Below, piece by piece: positions 13,123 to 25,775 of a stretch of 64,000 nt of DNA. The notes under the pieces were generated by a model, which ran no database searches, was not told the DNA's origin, and saw nothing but the letters and a program-made list of their open reading frames with translations. Positions within the stretch are counted from its first letter, which is position 1. Each line of letters opens with the position of its first letter. Origin of the DNA: Paraspadella gotoi. Taxonomy: Eukaryota > Animalia > Chaetognatha. Made by a program: the position numbers and the translations under genes. The stretch spans positions 4,776,953 to 4,840,952 of the forward strand of contig JBJCIZ010000239.1 of NCBI GenBank assembly GCA_051294375.1. Direction: 5' to 3'.

Positions 13123-14186
13123 CTGAGAAAATTTCCAGGCAGTGGGAAAAACGACAAAAAGTTGTTTTCTATTATTCTCTTCTTTGTTTCCTTTTTTTTT
13201 CTCATTTTTTGTGATTTATATCTAAAATAAAGTTTTGAAGAGAGATTTAACGATTTTTATTTCATAATATATTAGATAATACAGTGATTTTTATCACAAC
13301 TTTATGACATCATCTCTTCGGCTTTTTTTTCCCAAAGCGCTTCATTTCTTCTATCCTTAAATTTAATTTTAACTTCAATATTTAGCTTCAATCTGTTACC
13401 AAACGTATAACTTTCATCCCTGACTCTAATTCTTAATCACTAACCTAATTCCTTAAAACTAATCTAAAACATAATCTTTAAACAAAAAACTTAATTTAGA
13501 TTGGGCGTTTGGTTTTCATTCTCTCATGTATTTCTAATATCGTTTTTGAGTTTTTCTATCTTTTTACTACCTTTTTTACATTGCTTTTACATTGCTTTTA
13601 CATTGTTTTTTCTTTCATTCACCTTTAACACTTTCTTTTTTTCTTTTTTTCTTTTCTTTTCTTGTTTCTCCTTAAACTTTCCCTTTTTTCCCGCTTGAAA
13701 ACACTTGTTTTTCCCTCCTCATTTTTTTCCCGCAGTTTTCTTTCCTTCTTGTCTTTCTTTTTCTTTCTTTCTTTCTTTCCTTCTTGTCTTTCTTTTGCTT
13801 TATATTTTTGTTTCTATCTTTCTTTCCTTCCTCGTTTTTTCCCCATTTCTTTCTTTCAGAAGAGAAACTTTTTTCTTTTCTCTTGAAGTTTTATTTTTTT
13901 ATAAGATCTTCCTTCTCCTCTTCCTCTTCCATCTCCTCTTCCTGTTCCTCTTCGACTTCCTCTTCCAATTCTTCTTCCTTCCCCTCTTACTTTCCCTCTT
14001 TCTCTTCCACTTCCACTTCCTCTTCCAATTCTTCTTCCAATTCCTCTTCCTTCTCCTCTTTTTCTTTCTTTTCCTCTTCCTTTTCCTTTTGCTCACTCTT
14101 CCACGCTTCTAGATCTGAAAAAAACAAACAAAAATAAGAAACGAGGAGGAAAGAAAGAGAGAGAGCGAGAGAGAGAAAGAAAAAAA

Positions 14187-14226
<40 letters not shown>

Positions 14227-14228
14227 AA

Positions 14229-14260
<32 letters not shown>

Positions 14261-14341
14261 AAAAGAGAGAAGAGAAGAGAAAGAGTGAGATTGAGAAAAA
14301 AGAGAATAATAAAGAATAAAGAGAATAAAGAGAGAAATAGA

Positions 14342-14403
<62 letters not shown>

Positions 14404-15127
14404 GGAGAGAAGAGAGTGAATAGATAAGAGAGAAACAGAGAGAAAGACCCCTCTGGGTGGAAAGCATTTCGATGTCGGCGAAGATAACGAAAAAAACGTT
14501 AACGATTTTGTGCCCAAATTACGAAGCAGGAAAATTGCGTCGTTAAGAATCGTCGACGGTCTTTACTACTTGGTAACGGTTGTTATTACTTGGTAATAAT
14601 GGTCGTTACTCGTTACTAAACGGGGTAACTGTAGTTTGCTTCGGAAAAAACGGTAGACCAATATTTGAGAAAAATAAAATTATGTCAGGTTTATTGTACA
14701 ATGTACATATATTGCCAGAATGCATGTGAGAGGTTCGCTTAAAAATTTTTTTTTTTATTACAAAAATTTTAAAAAAATTACTGACATACAGACCGACTGA
14801 CCGACAACGCGACGCCAATAAAATTGCGTCCGTGTCGCGTTTTATTTAGCGATCTCTGGTAACCATGGCAACCGACGACCATCGAAAAAAAACCGGGCGA
14901 GTGAGATTTCAGACTCTGGAATTGTTGAGCGACACAGAAAAAACAAAACAAAACAAAAAAAAACCAACAAACAGAGAACGAACGGATCGTTGGGAAACAG
15001 AGAAGAATATAAGTAAAACATGAGATTAAAGAGAAAATAAAAAAAACAAAGTAGACTAAAAATAGAAGAAATTGTATAATTGGATATTTGTATTATATTG
15101 TTTTGCATAATTGTATAATTATATATA

Positions 15128-15349
15128 TGTGTGGATAAGGCGCTACGTGGGCAGAAGATGACAGTCCATAACTTCTAAAAACCCCTCTAGCAGCCATGGA
15201 ACGGGTCCATGGGCTTAGAACCAGGCTTGAGGGTTTGCCATGCCCCCAAGTCGGCTTACGGCCGTCCTCACGCTTCCCGCAGGGTAGGTACCTGGTTGGG
15301 ATTGAACCCGGTACCTAGTGGTCATGAGCTGATGGCTTTACTCAATGAG
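15128..15349 (-). mobile_element. tRNA-derived SINE, copy 2 (mirror of copy 1)
   Basis: Reverse complement of 4400-4625. Confidence 0.8.
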
Positions 15350-15765
15350 GGAAAAAAAATCGTTTTTTTAATTGACTGGAAACCTCATAATGAAATTACA
15401 TTCAATACAAAAAAAAACTAAAGTCTTAATAGGCCTTGGGACTTTATTTTCAGTCTCATGAGTCACTTTAATCTGATTGGCCAGGGACTTAGTTTAGATC
15501 TGATTGGTTAAACACTTACTTTGGGTCCGAGTCGTCAGCTTGAGAACGTTGTGGTTGTTGACGTTGTTGTTATTGTTTAGAATGTGTTTTTTTTCAGACG
15601 CCGTCTGTTAAATAAAATAAAATGGAGATAGTGTATCAAAAATGTGCTTTAAAAATTTTCGGGGAAAATGAATTTATTCAACTATTCATTTATTGATTTA
15701 TTTATTTATTCATTCATTCATTCATTCATTCAATTCATTTCCCAATTTCCATTCAATTCATATCC

Positions 15766-15803
<38 letters not shown>

Positions 15804-16819
15804 TTTAATTTATTATTTATTTATTATTTATTTTATTTATTTAATTTATTTTTATTTATTTATTTTTTATTTTTTTATTTATTTTATTTAATTTATTTAT
15901 TTATTTTTATTTATAATGTTATTTATTTTATTTATTTATTTATTTATTTATTTTTTATTTATTTATTATTATTCATTCATTCATTCATTCACTTATTTAT
16001 TCATTTCTTACATTCCGTCTTTAAATCTAACAAACATTATGAAACTATGCTATGCTATGGGACTAGGCTCCTTAATCAAATAATGATAATTGTAAGAGAA
16101 TTTGAAAAAAAATTTGGATTTTTTATGTCAAGTTAAAGTGACGCAGTTTATGGCCTACATTATTGCAATAAACTTGAGAAAGAAGAGAAAAATAAAAAAA
16201 AAACAAAAAAAACCAATAAAAACCACAGACAACAAATCNNNNNNNNNNNNNNNNNNNNNNNNNNNNNNNNNNNNNNNNNNNNNNNNNNNNNNNNNNNNNN
16301 NNNNNNNNNNNNNNNNNNNNNNNNNNNNNNNNNNNNNNNNNNNNNNNNNNNNNNNNNNNNNNNNNNNNNNNNNNNNNNNNNNNNNNNNNNNNNNNNNNNN
16401 NNNNNNNNNNNNNNNNNNNNNNNNNNNNNNNNNNNNTTTGGGAAAAAAAAAAGTTGCATGTGAAAAGCGACGAACTAGAAAGAAAAAGAAAAAGAAAGAA
16501 AAAAAAAGAAAAAGGAAGGCACGGCCTCAGAAGAGGCGCTACGAAAATATAAAAAGGTAGAGAGAAAAAAGGGGAAGGAAGCGATAAAGAAAAAAAAAAG
16601 AAAGTTACTGGTTAAGAAGAAAATGTAAGAAATGAAAAATCACCTTCCTTCCCCGAGTTGTTGTTGTTGTTGTTTTCGTAGTTGATGATAGTCTTATTGA
16701 TATAATTTATTATTAATGTTTAGAGAAAACAATTTTTTATTTGTTACAAACCACCATTTTTGTAGCGTTAATAATGTTAAGATTATTATAGTTCTTATCT
16801 AGTAAATTTAACTAAATAT

Positions 16820-17052
16820 GTATGGATAAGGCGCTAAGTAGGCAGAAGATGACTATCTGTAACTTATTTAACCCCTTCAAGCAACCATGGAACGGGTCCC
16901 TGGGTTTGGAACAAGGTTTGAGGTTTTGCCACTCTCCCAAGGCGGCTTACGGCCGTGCTCACGCTTCCCGCAGGGTAGGTACCGGGTTGGTATTGAACCC
17001 AGTACTTAGTAGTCAGGAGCTGATGGATTTACTCTATGAGCCACCGGGTCAG
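16820..17052 (-). mobile_element. tRNA-derived SINE, copy 3 (near full length)
   Basis: Minus strand gtggctcatagagt (A-box-like), ggttcaatacc (B-box-like), then the same body and 3' end. Confidence 0.8.
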
Positions 17053-17199
17053 GACTAAAAGTGTCATGCTTATAGTAGCCATAGCCGATGAAATTTAAAT
17101 GCTAATGTAAACAGCGTTAAAATAATCTACCATGAGCATAGATTATAGTATTAAAATATTTTTTTTCAAAAATTCTTTTTTCTAAGGGCACTAGCCAAA

Positions 17200-17500
17200 T
17201 TAAATTTATTTTATTACTATATAAAGAAAAACATGAAATCTTAAAGTTTTTTTGGTGGATTCTGATAGAGCATAAAAAGTTAAACGAGAAATATAATTAC
17301 AGCTTTTAAAAAATTCTTACGTTTTCTCAGTAAAAATATTAAAAAAACTGATAATTTCATCAAAAGATGATAATGATAACAATTTTTTACTGTTTTTCTT
17401 TTTTTTAACCTACTTATGATAAAAATATTTAAAAAAGAATTATACTTGGTACAGACAACTTTTTATGAGCTATCTGAATCTGGTCTTAAAATTTACATTT
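17200..17500 (+). repeat. Dispersed AT-rich repeat family D (probable non-autonomous DNA transposon fragment)
   Basis: Colinear with 59000-59270 and 59945-60085: gattctgatagagc..aaaagtt ... aaagatgat.atgata ... gagct...gaatc.gtc.ttaaaa, with an internal inverted motif. Confidence 0.65.
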
Positions 17501-18123
17501 TCTAAAAAAAAATTTTGGCCTTTCCTAACTAAAAATAAATACTTAAAAAAATTATATATTATCGTTTGAGCTTGTACTCACTCTAAATTTTTGACTCACC
17601 CCATTGAGTGGGGCTACCTCTACTTATAGGCCGGATGAACTTAGTCGTTTTCATCATCGTCTTCGGCGTCATCATCATCGTGGTCGTCGTCGTTCGGCAT
17701 CGTTATAAACATCATCCCTGTTAACTTCGTCGTCGTCGTTTTCGTCGTCCTCGTTAATGTATTTGTATTCGTTATCGTCATCGTCGTTTTCGTCGTCGTC
17801 GTCGTCGTCGTCTTCGAAATACTTTCTCACTTCTATAAATGCGAACAATAATTTTTTTTTCTTTTCTCCGACGTAAATAAAAAAACGCGGGAGAAGTTGT
17901 AAATAAAACAAAAGACGTAAAACTTCTTTTTTTCTCTTCTTAAGGGGAGAGAAATAAAAAAAAAAGTAAAGTTGTAGATCAAAAAAACGCGAATTCGTTT
18001 CGCTCGATTCGAAGCCTGTTTTTATTTTTTTAAGGGGAGAGGGAGAGAGAAGCTGGGAAAATTTTTTTTTTTCTGAATTAGGGGTAATAAAGATAAAATG
18101 CAGCCGAATGAAAAAAGAGGAAT

Positions 18124-18154
<31 letters not shown>

Positions 18155-18579
18155 TGAGAGAGAGAGAGAGAGTGGGATATATTGATATAGTTATATGTAC
18201 ATGAACAAAGTGTTTTAAATTTTAAAAAATTTAAGTAGGAAATATAAAAAATAAAAATGAGATAAAGTTTTTAAAAAAAAATTATGAGAGGAGCAAAAAT
18301 AGATAAAGAGAAAAAAGCAAGGAGAAAAAAAAAGATAAGTGAAAAGAAAAGTGAAAAGAAAACGAAGAAAGGAAAAGAAGGGAGAAAAAAGATTCCTGAC
18401 AAACGAGGCTTTTAGTCAAATTCTGATAGAATTCAAACTCAAGGTAAAGCATAAGCGCATCAGAAAGAGAGAGAGAGAGAGAGTGAGAGAGAGAGAGAAG
18501 AGAGAGAGAGAGAACAGGGTCCCTGCGCAAGACAGAGAGAGATGGATGACAAGAGTTGAGGTTCGGGAAAAGATTTTCG

Positions 18580-18780
18580 TAAAGAGAAAATCTTGGTTTA
18601 TGTAAATGGAGGGAGGCATAATGGAGAAACGAGTCCATGAGGGATCCTTGCGAGGTCCAAGATTCTGAGAGGTTTACTAGATGGTTGGGGGGGGTGTTAA
18701 TGTCCCAAAGGCTGCCCACTGCCCAGTTGGATTCCCTCGAAAGCCCTTGGACATTTGATTTGGGGAAAAGTGTCTCATTC
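18580..18780 (+). repeat. Third, indel-rich copy of the 9080-9290 segment
   Basis: gagaaaatcttggtttatgtaaatggagggaggcataatggagaaacgagtccatgagggatc...aagcccttggacatttgatttgg aligns to 9080-9290 with many 1-3 bp indels. Confidence 0.8.
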
Positions 18781-19454
18781 ACGATATGAATGTAGATTAG
18801 AGTATTACTAGAAAGTAAAACAGTTCTATACTATTTTTTAATCAATTGACCTCAAAACTAAAATTGTAATATTTAATCGTTATTAAGATATGAATTTTTC
18901 TAAAAAAAATATGCTTCTGTTGCCTTTTAGATCAGTTTACAATCATTATACTTTAGTTTATTTATCTATTCATTTATAATTTATTCTCTTATTCTTTACT
19001 TTTATTTACTCTCCTTATTCTTTCTACTTTTTCCTTCCCTCTGTTTTCTCATCATTTGCTTTTATTCTTTTTCCTTATTTCGTTTTCTTTCCTTTTTTCT
19101 TTTTTCCCCCCATTTTCTTTTTACCACTTTTATCTTTTTTCCTTCTTTTTCCTTTTTCTTTTTCCCTTCTTTTACTTTTTTCTTTTTTCTTTTTCCTTCA
19201 TTTTTTTTATTTGTCTCTTCTTTTTCCTTTTTCTTTTTCCCTTCTTTTACTTTTTTTATTTTTTTCCTTTTCCCTTCATTTTCCTTTTTCTTTTTCCCTT
19301 CTTGTACATTTTTTCTTCTTCCTTTTTCTTTTTTCCTTCTTTTCCATTTTTTTCTCAATGTCCCCAGAAGAACAAAATAAGGAACGGGTGACTCCCAAGC
19401 GAAATTCCAGCGAAAGATGAAGGCCGGGAAAAGCGTCTGATATGCGACCCTTTG

Positions 19455-20016
19455 TAGGGTCATCCGGGGTCATTTGAGGATCATACGGCCTCAAGGAAGG
19501 TATTTGGAGTGACATCCCGACCTAAAAAGGGTCATTAGAGGGTCATCTTGACTTATGAAGGATCATCAACACTCAAGGCAGATCATCAAAACCTTGGAAG
19601 GGTCGTTGAATGGTCATCCGTTCTTGAAAAGGGTCATTGGAGGGTCATTCGGACCTAAGAGGGTCATTGGGTCATCTGGATTTTAGAAGGGTCATTGGAG
19701 GGACATGAGGACCTATGAAGTGTCAATGGAAAGTCATGGGGACCAAGGAAGGGTAATTAGAGGGTCATCCAGGCTTAAGATGGGTCTTGAAGCGTCATTT
19801 GGATTTGAGAAGGGTCATTGGAGGGTCATCAAAACTTAAGGGAGGTCATTGGAGGGTCATCTGGATTTGAAAAGGGTCATTGGAGAGTCATTCGGACTTA
19901 AGAAGGATCATCTGGAGTTAAGGGAGGTCATTGAAGGGTCATCTGACCTAAGGAGGATCATTATAGAGTCACCCAAGGGTCAAACCTTGGGGTCGTTTTT
20001 TGGGGTCATTCAGGTC
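19455..20016 (+). repeat. ~30-31 bp minisatellite (AGGGTCATTGGAGGGTCATCTGGACTTAAGA-like)
   Basis: Recurrent gggtcattggagggtcat units, e.g. at 19631, 19812, 19843, 19874. Confidence 0.9.
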
Positions 20017-20058
20017 GCGGTGAAACTCATCTCGGCGCGAAAAGGAAGAAATTTTGGA

Positions 20059-20123
<65 letters not shown>

Positions 20124-20607
20124 AGAGAGAGATACTGTGTTGCAAAGATGGATAAAAATATCAAAATGCATATATATAGATATATAGAAAAATAAAGATT
20201 TTAAAATTATAAAGTTAATAAATGACTTCCTAACAAGAATGATTTATGTTATCTATACTAGAAACATCGAACCAGAAATTTATGTAACTTTTGCTGAATA
20301 GATGATACCTGTATATCCAGAAGACAACACTAACCTCTCACATTACCTGATATGTCTAAAAAAAAATGTTCTTTTAAAATATGATAAAACGAGTAATTTC
20401 GCAAATTTCATTAAAACGAGAGCATCTTCACCAATTTAAAGAAATAATATTTTTTATTGCTTTCAATACTTCGCCTGGCGCAATCTTTCATCTGAATTTC
20501 GTTTTCCAAGAAAATTTTAAAAATCTTTTCTCATCTTTTTTTTTCCATTTCTTTTTCTATTGAATACGAGATAAACTTTGAGCTTCTTATCAAACTCTCT
20601 CTCTCTC

Positions 20608-20638
<31 letters not shown>

Positions 20639-20787
20639 CCTCTCTCTTCCTCTCCTCTCTCTCTCTCTCACATCTCTCTCTCTCTCTTCCCTGTCTCAAA
20701 AACATTCCCATTCTTACCGTCGATTCATCCCCGGCGCGACTTTATAATGACGTACGATGACTTTTGTTATCATCTCCCGAAAGGAGA

Positions 20788-20840
<53 letters not shown>

Positions 20841-20989
20841 TTCCCTCCCTAACGGAGCTCGGGAGCTCCTTACAATCCCATTTTCGTGGCGCTTCGGTTC
20901 TTACCCATTCAACACCTTTTCCTTTAAAGAGAATAAATAGAGAGAGAAAGAAAGAAAAAGAAGTAAGAAAAAACGATAATAAGAGAGAA

Positions 20990-21033
<44 letters not shown>

Positions 21034-21378
21034 AAAGAAAAACAAATAAGAAGACAGACAAGAAAGAAAGAAAGCACAAAAAGAGAAAAAAAGAAAGAAA
21101 GCGAGACACTGCAAAACAAAATGGGGTGACAAAAGCGACCAGCAGCAATAAACAAAAACAAAAAAAAAGAGCAAACATAGACTTCGATAAACAAATAAAA
21201 AAAATCGAAGAAGTTTTCAGATTAAAGAGACTAAATATAGACTCGAAAGATTGATTATTGCTTGGTTAAAGCTTGATTTAATTGCGAATTTATGAATTTA
21301 TGAATTCATTTCCACCAAAAAGAAATTGTAGCCTCGTTTGGATAAACCGATGTAACGATTAAAATGACTCATTGGTAA

Positions 21379-21530
21379 AATCTTGCCCCTAACTTTGGAC
21401 AGGCTTTGCTTGTTTAAAGCCTCCATCACAGGATATTGACATAGCAGGTCCCTGCAAGCTTTCAATCAAGACTCTCTCACAGTCTCGTTTATTAACTCTA
21501 TTAACAGAGTACCTGGCTTCCCTATCAATA
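21379..21530 (+). repeat. Dispersed repeat family B, copy
   Basis: tcttgcccctaactttggacaggcttt...caggtccctgcaagctttcaatcaagactctctcac...cctggcttccctatcaat. Confidence 0.8.
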
Positions 21531-22139
21531 AAGTGATATAATATTTCCAAGAATGTTTCCATAGCAAAAAATGAACCACTCCTAGATCGAGGAATACAAC
21601 GAAAATTGTAAAATTACTCGTTTCAGAAATACAAACGACTATATCGTATATCGTACTATATTGTATTTTTCACATTATCTATTTCTCTCCATCTCCTTCC
21701 ACAGCCCTCTCCACACCCCCCCAATCCCCCCCTCTTCCATACCCCATCTCTTTCTTCAACTTGGAAGAGATCTTCTCTCGCCTCCGCAAAATCCTTTCAC
21801 CATCTGCGTCTTTCCCGTCGCGCGACTCACATCTTTTTTAAATCCATTTTTTAATCCATTTTTTAATCCATTTTTTAATCTATTTCTTTATCTATGCTTA
21901 TTCCATGCTTCCATGTTTTTATCGAGCCNNNNNNNNNNGGGAAATCCATTTTAATCATTTTTTTTCTTTATTTCATACATTTCTTCATTTTTATACCTTG
22001 TTACCTTTATTAAATTTCGCGTTTGGGAGTCGAATTAACACGCGGATGTTGATATTTTTTTTTAGCAGAGTAAAAGTCCCTCAGGCGGTTCCTATGTATT
22101 TAACAATTGGTTACGACGCAATAAAAGAGTCTCCTTCTT

Positions 22140-22171
<32 letters not shown>

Positions 22172-22489
22172 ATTCATCGTCGTCGTCTCCTTTTCTTCCC
22201 TAAATTCAAAACTATTTTACTTTTTTCTTCTCTCAAAATGACGTCATTNNNNNNNNNNNNNNNNNNNNNNNNNCGTCATTACGAATTTTCAGCCTGAGCA
22301 AAAAAAAAATTCCACCGACTCACAAACGGATTTTCCACTTTTTTCCGTATGCCGAACTTTTACACATAACAATTCGTTCCGTCCATTATCGTCATTCCAA
22401 TTCGTCGTTTCGTTGTCATTATCGTCATCAATTCGTCTCGTCGTTTCGTTATTCTGTCTTCCTTTTTTCACTTGTTCGTTCATTATCTT

Positions 22490-23120
22490 TGGTCGTTAAT
22501 CGTCGTCGTTATCGTTATCTTCTACTTGTTATCACTGTCATCATCTTTGTCGCTCCGATATTGTCATTATCTTTTGCTGTCGTTTCTTTGTATTTGTCTG
22601 CGTCATCATTTACCTATAATCAAAAATTGTTATCATTTGCCATCAGTCGGTTGTTATTATCTCTGTCATCGTGCCATCTCATTTTTCTCAATAATCGTCA
22701 TCTGCTCAATCTTTTATCATCATCATCCGTCATTGTCACTTGATCGTCATTGTCTATCTCTTAATAATCGTCACTCATCATCCGTTGCTTCATCACCTCG
22801 ACAGGATCTCTTCTCTTTTTTTTTTGTCGTTAATCGTCGTCGTTATCGTTATCTTCTGTTATCATTGTTATCACAGTCATCATCTTTGTCGTCGATATTG
22901 TCATTATCTTTAGTCGTTTCTTTGTATTTGTTGCGTCATCATTTACTATAATCAAAATTGTTATCATTGTCCTCAGTGGTTGTTATTATCGTCGTCATCG
23001 TTGCCATCATTTTTCTCAATAATCGTCATCTGTCATCATAATCATCATCATCCGTCATTGTCATTGAACGTCATTGTCATCTCCTAAAATCGTCATCATC
23101 ATCGTGCTTCATCATCGACA
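22490..23120 (+). repeat. Tandem duplication (~330 bp) of an ATC/GTC-rich segment
   Basis: tcgttaatcgtcgtcgttatcgttatcttct...ctataatcaaaa..ttgttatcatt begins at ~22493 and again at ~22827. Confidence 0.75.
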
Positions 23121-24489
23121 TGGTCATCATCCATCATTGTCATCGAAGGTCATTGTCATCTTTTCTCATCATTGTCATCTTTTTCCATCGTTATCATCCG
23201 TCATTGTCGTTTTTAACATCGTCAACGTCGTCGTCTTTTATCATCGTCATCATCCATCATTGTCAATAAATGTCATCGTAGTCTTTTCCCCCTTCGGTCA
23301 TTCTCCTCAGAATTTCAGTTCGACTCGAAACGACGAATAAATCTTTCCTGACGCGGAACTCACGCCGGAAGAGAGATGGAAACATTTTTAAAAATCTTCG
23401 TTCGATTCGACAGTTTTTCTTTTATTAAAACTGGTGACTCATCGATGCAATTGTCAGCGATAAATATTTGACAATTTCCCCACGCTTTAAATCATTCCGC
23501 AGATTTTCTATCTCTCTGAAAAGAAGGAAAACTTTATGTCTGCAAATCTTTCCAAACTTGCAAATCTCTCTCTCTCTTTCTAAAATGACAAATAAATCTT
23601 TCCCTATNNNNNNNNNNNNNNNNNNNNNNNNNNNNNNNNNNNNNNNNNNNNNNNNNNNNNNNNNNNNNNNNNNNNNNNNNNNNNNNNNNNNNNNNNNNNN
23701 NNNNNNNNNNNNNNNNNNNNNNNNNNNNNNNNNNNNNNNNNNNNNNNNNNNNNNNNNNNNNNNNNNNNNNNNNNNNNNNNNNNNNNNNNNNNNNNNNNNN
23801 NNNNNNNNNNNNNNNNNNTCTCTCAATTGACAAATAAATCTTTCCCTTATAACCGGCCTCTCATCTTTTTCTCCCTCCCCTTTTCTTTCGCTTCGACGGC
23901 CTTTGGCTCGCGCGAAGGGAGCGACGGCCAAAAAAAAACCTAAAAACAAAAAACCCAAAACAAAAACAAAAGCAAAACAAAAGAAAACAGAGGAACATCA
24001 TCAAATTATTTCGGCGAAACGTAAGAGAGAAAGGTTACGCCCCTTTTGAAAACTGGTTAAAAAATCTACGCGAAGAGAGTAAAAACGATGAAAGCGGAGA
24101 ATTAAAATAATAAAGGAAATATTATTTACATGCGTAAATTTCTATTGTGTATATTTTATTGTGTATGATCAATGTAAAAAAAGGTATTCATTCAATAAAT
24201 ANNNNNNNNNNNNNNNNNNNNNNNNNNNNNNNNNNNNNNNNNNNNNNNNNNNNNNNNNNNNNNNNNNNNNNNNNNNNNNNNNNNNNNNNNNNNNNNNNNN
24301 NNNNNNNNNNNNNNNNNNNNNNNNNNNNNNNNNNNNNNNNNNNNNNNNNNNNNNNNNNNNNNNNNNNNNNNNNNNNNNNNNNNNNNNNNNNNNNNNNNNN
24401 NNNNNNNNNNNNNNNNNNNNNNNNNNNNNNNNNNNNNNNNNNNNNNNNNNNNNNNNNNNNNNNNNNNNNNNNNNNNNNNNNNNNNNNNN

Positions 24490-24526
<37 letters not shown>

Positions 24527-24724
24527 GAAGGAGGAATTCCCTCCACACACGAAGCAGCGCGCGTTTGTGCGTGTGGGCGATTGCGTGTGTGGGCGAGGAG
24601 TAGAGCCGAGGGGCGGTGTCGTTTAGTGGAGCAGGAGGGGTAGTGAAGAGCAGGAGCGGAAGTGGAGCTCAGGGAGGGGAGGAAGAGCGATAAGAAGGAA
24701 GAGAAAAAACTCCGGACAAGATAT

Positions 24725-25775
24725 CGTTTTTGTTGTCGTCGTTGTAGTTGTCGTTGTTATAGTTATTGTATTAGTTGTCTTTTCGCTCGTCGTCATCGTC
24801 GTCGTCATCGTCGTTGTTGTAGTCTTTGTCGTCTTCATCTTTATTGTTGATCGTGATTGTCGTCATGGTCATGTCTGTTTTTGTCGTGGTCGTAATTGTC
24901 GTTGTCATCATCGTCGACGCTATTGTCAGCTTTATCGTTGTCATCAATGTTTTCATGATCGTTACATTCGTCAACATCTTCATCTTCTTAGTATTGATTG
25001 TTGGGAGTTGTTGACGTCGTCGTTGTCGTCTTTATCCTCTTCCTCTTCGTCGTTGTATTCATCGTCGTCTTTGTCGTTATCTTCATAATCGTCTTCGTCG
25101 TCGTCGTCGTCGTCGTCTTTATTTTTGTCCTCTTTGTCCTCTTTTTCGTCGCCATCATTATCTTTATCATCTTCATCGTCGTCGTCTTCATCCTTTGTTG
25201 TCATCGTCATCATCTTCGTCATCGTTGTTTTCTTCATTGTAGTCTTCTTTGTTGTCGTCATCTTTATCTTTGTGCTCCTTGTCCTCTTCTTTGTCACCAT
25301 CATTATCTTTATTTTCTTTATCGTCATCATCTTCGTCGTCGTCGTCATCGTCTTCATTATCTTTATCCTCCTTGTCCTCATCTTCGTCACCATCATTATC
25401 TTTATCGTCTTCATCGTTGTCGTCTTTGTCTTTTGTCATCGTCGTCATCATCATCGTCATCGTTGTTATCTTCATTGTCGTCTTCTACGTCGTCGTCGTC
25501 TTTATCTTTGTCCTCCTTGTCCTCTTCTTCATCACCATCATTAACTTTTTCGTCTTTATCGTCATCATCTTCGTCGTTTGTCGTCGTTGTCATCATCATC
25601 ATCGTATCGTTTTCGTCGTTATCTTCATTGTCGTTGTCTTCGTCATCGTCTTCTTTATCTTTGTCCTTCTTGTCCTCTTCTTTGTCGCCGTCGTTATCTT
25701 TATCGTCTTCATTGTCGTCGTTTTTCGTCGTCGTCATCATCGTTTTCGTCTTTATCGTCGTCGTCTTCGTCTTAG
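24725..25775. repeat. GTC/ATC cryptic trinucleotide tract with a higher-order unit
   Basis: A unit like tctttatctttgtcctccttgtcctcttcttcgtcaccatcattatctttatcgtc recurs about five times. Confidence 0.8.

Larger units (their letters stand above)
9971..16000 (-). repeat. Right arm of ~12 kb inverted repeat
   Basis: Starts right after the 25-N gap with ccaacaaagaattgagggaaaagttgacc, the reverse complement of ~9862-9890. Confidence 0.95.

Noticed and set aside
17598-17614. Small hairpin ccccattgagtgggg as a Helitron 3' end
   Set aside because: Single short stem with no clear CTRR terminus and no second copy.
19455-20016. CRISPR-like ~30 bp periodicity
   Set aside because: No unique spacers, units are contiguous and degenerate, there are no cas genes, and the context is eukaryotic.
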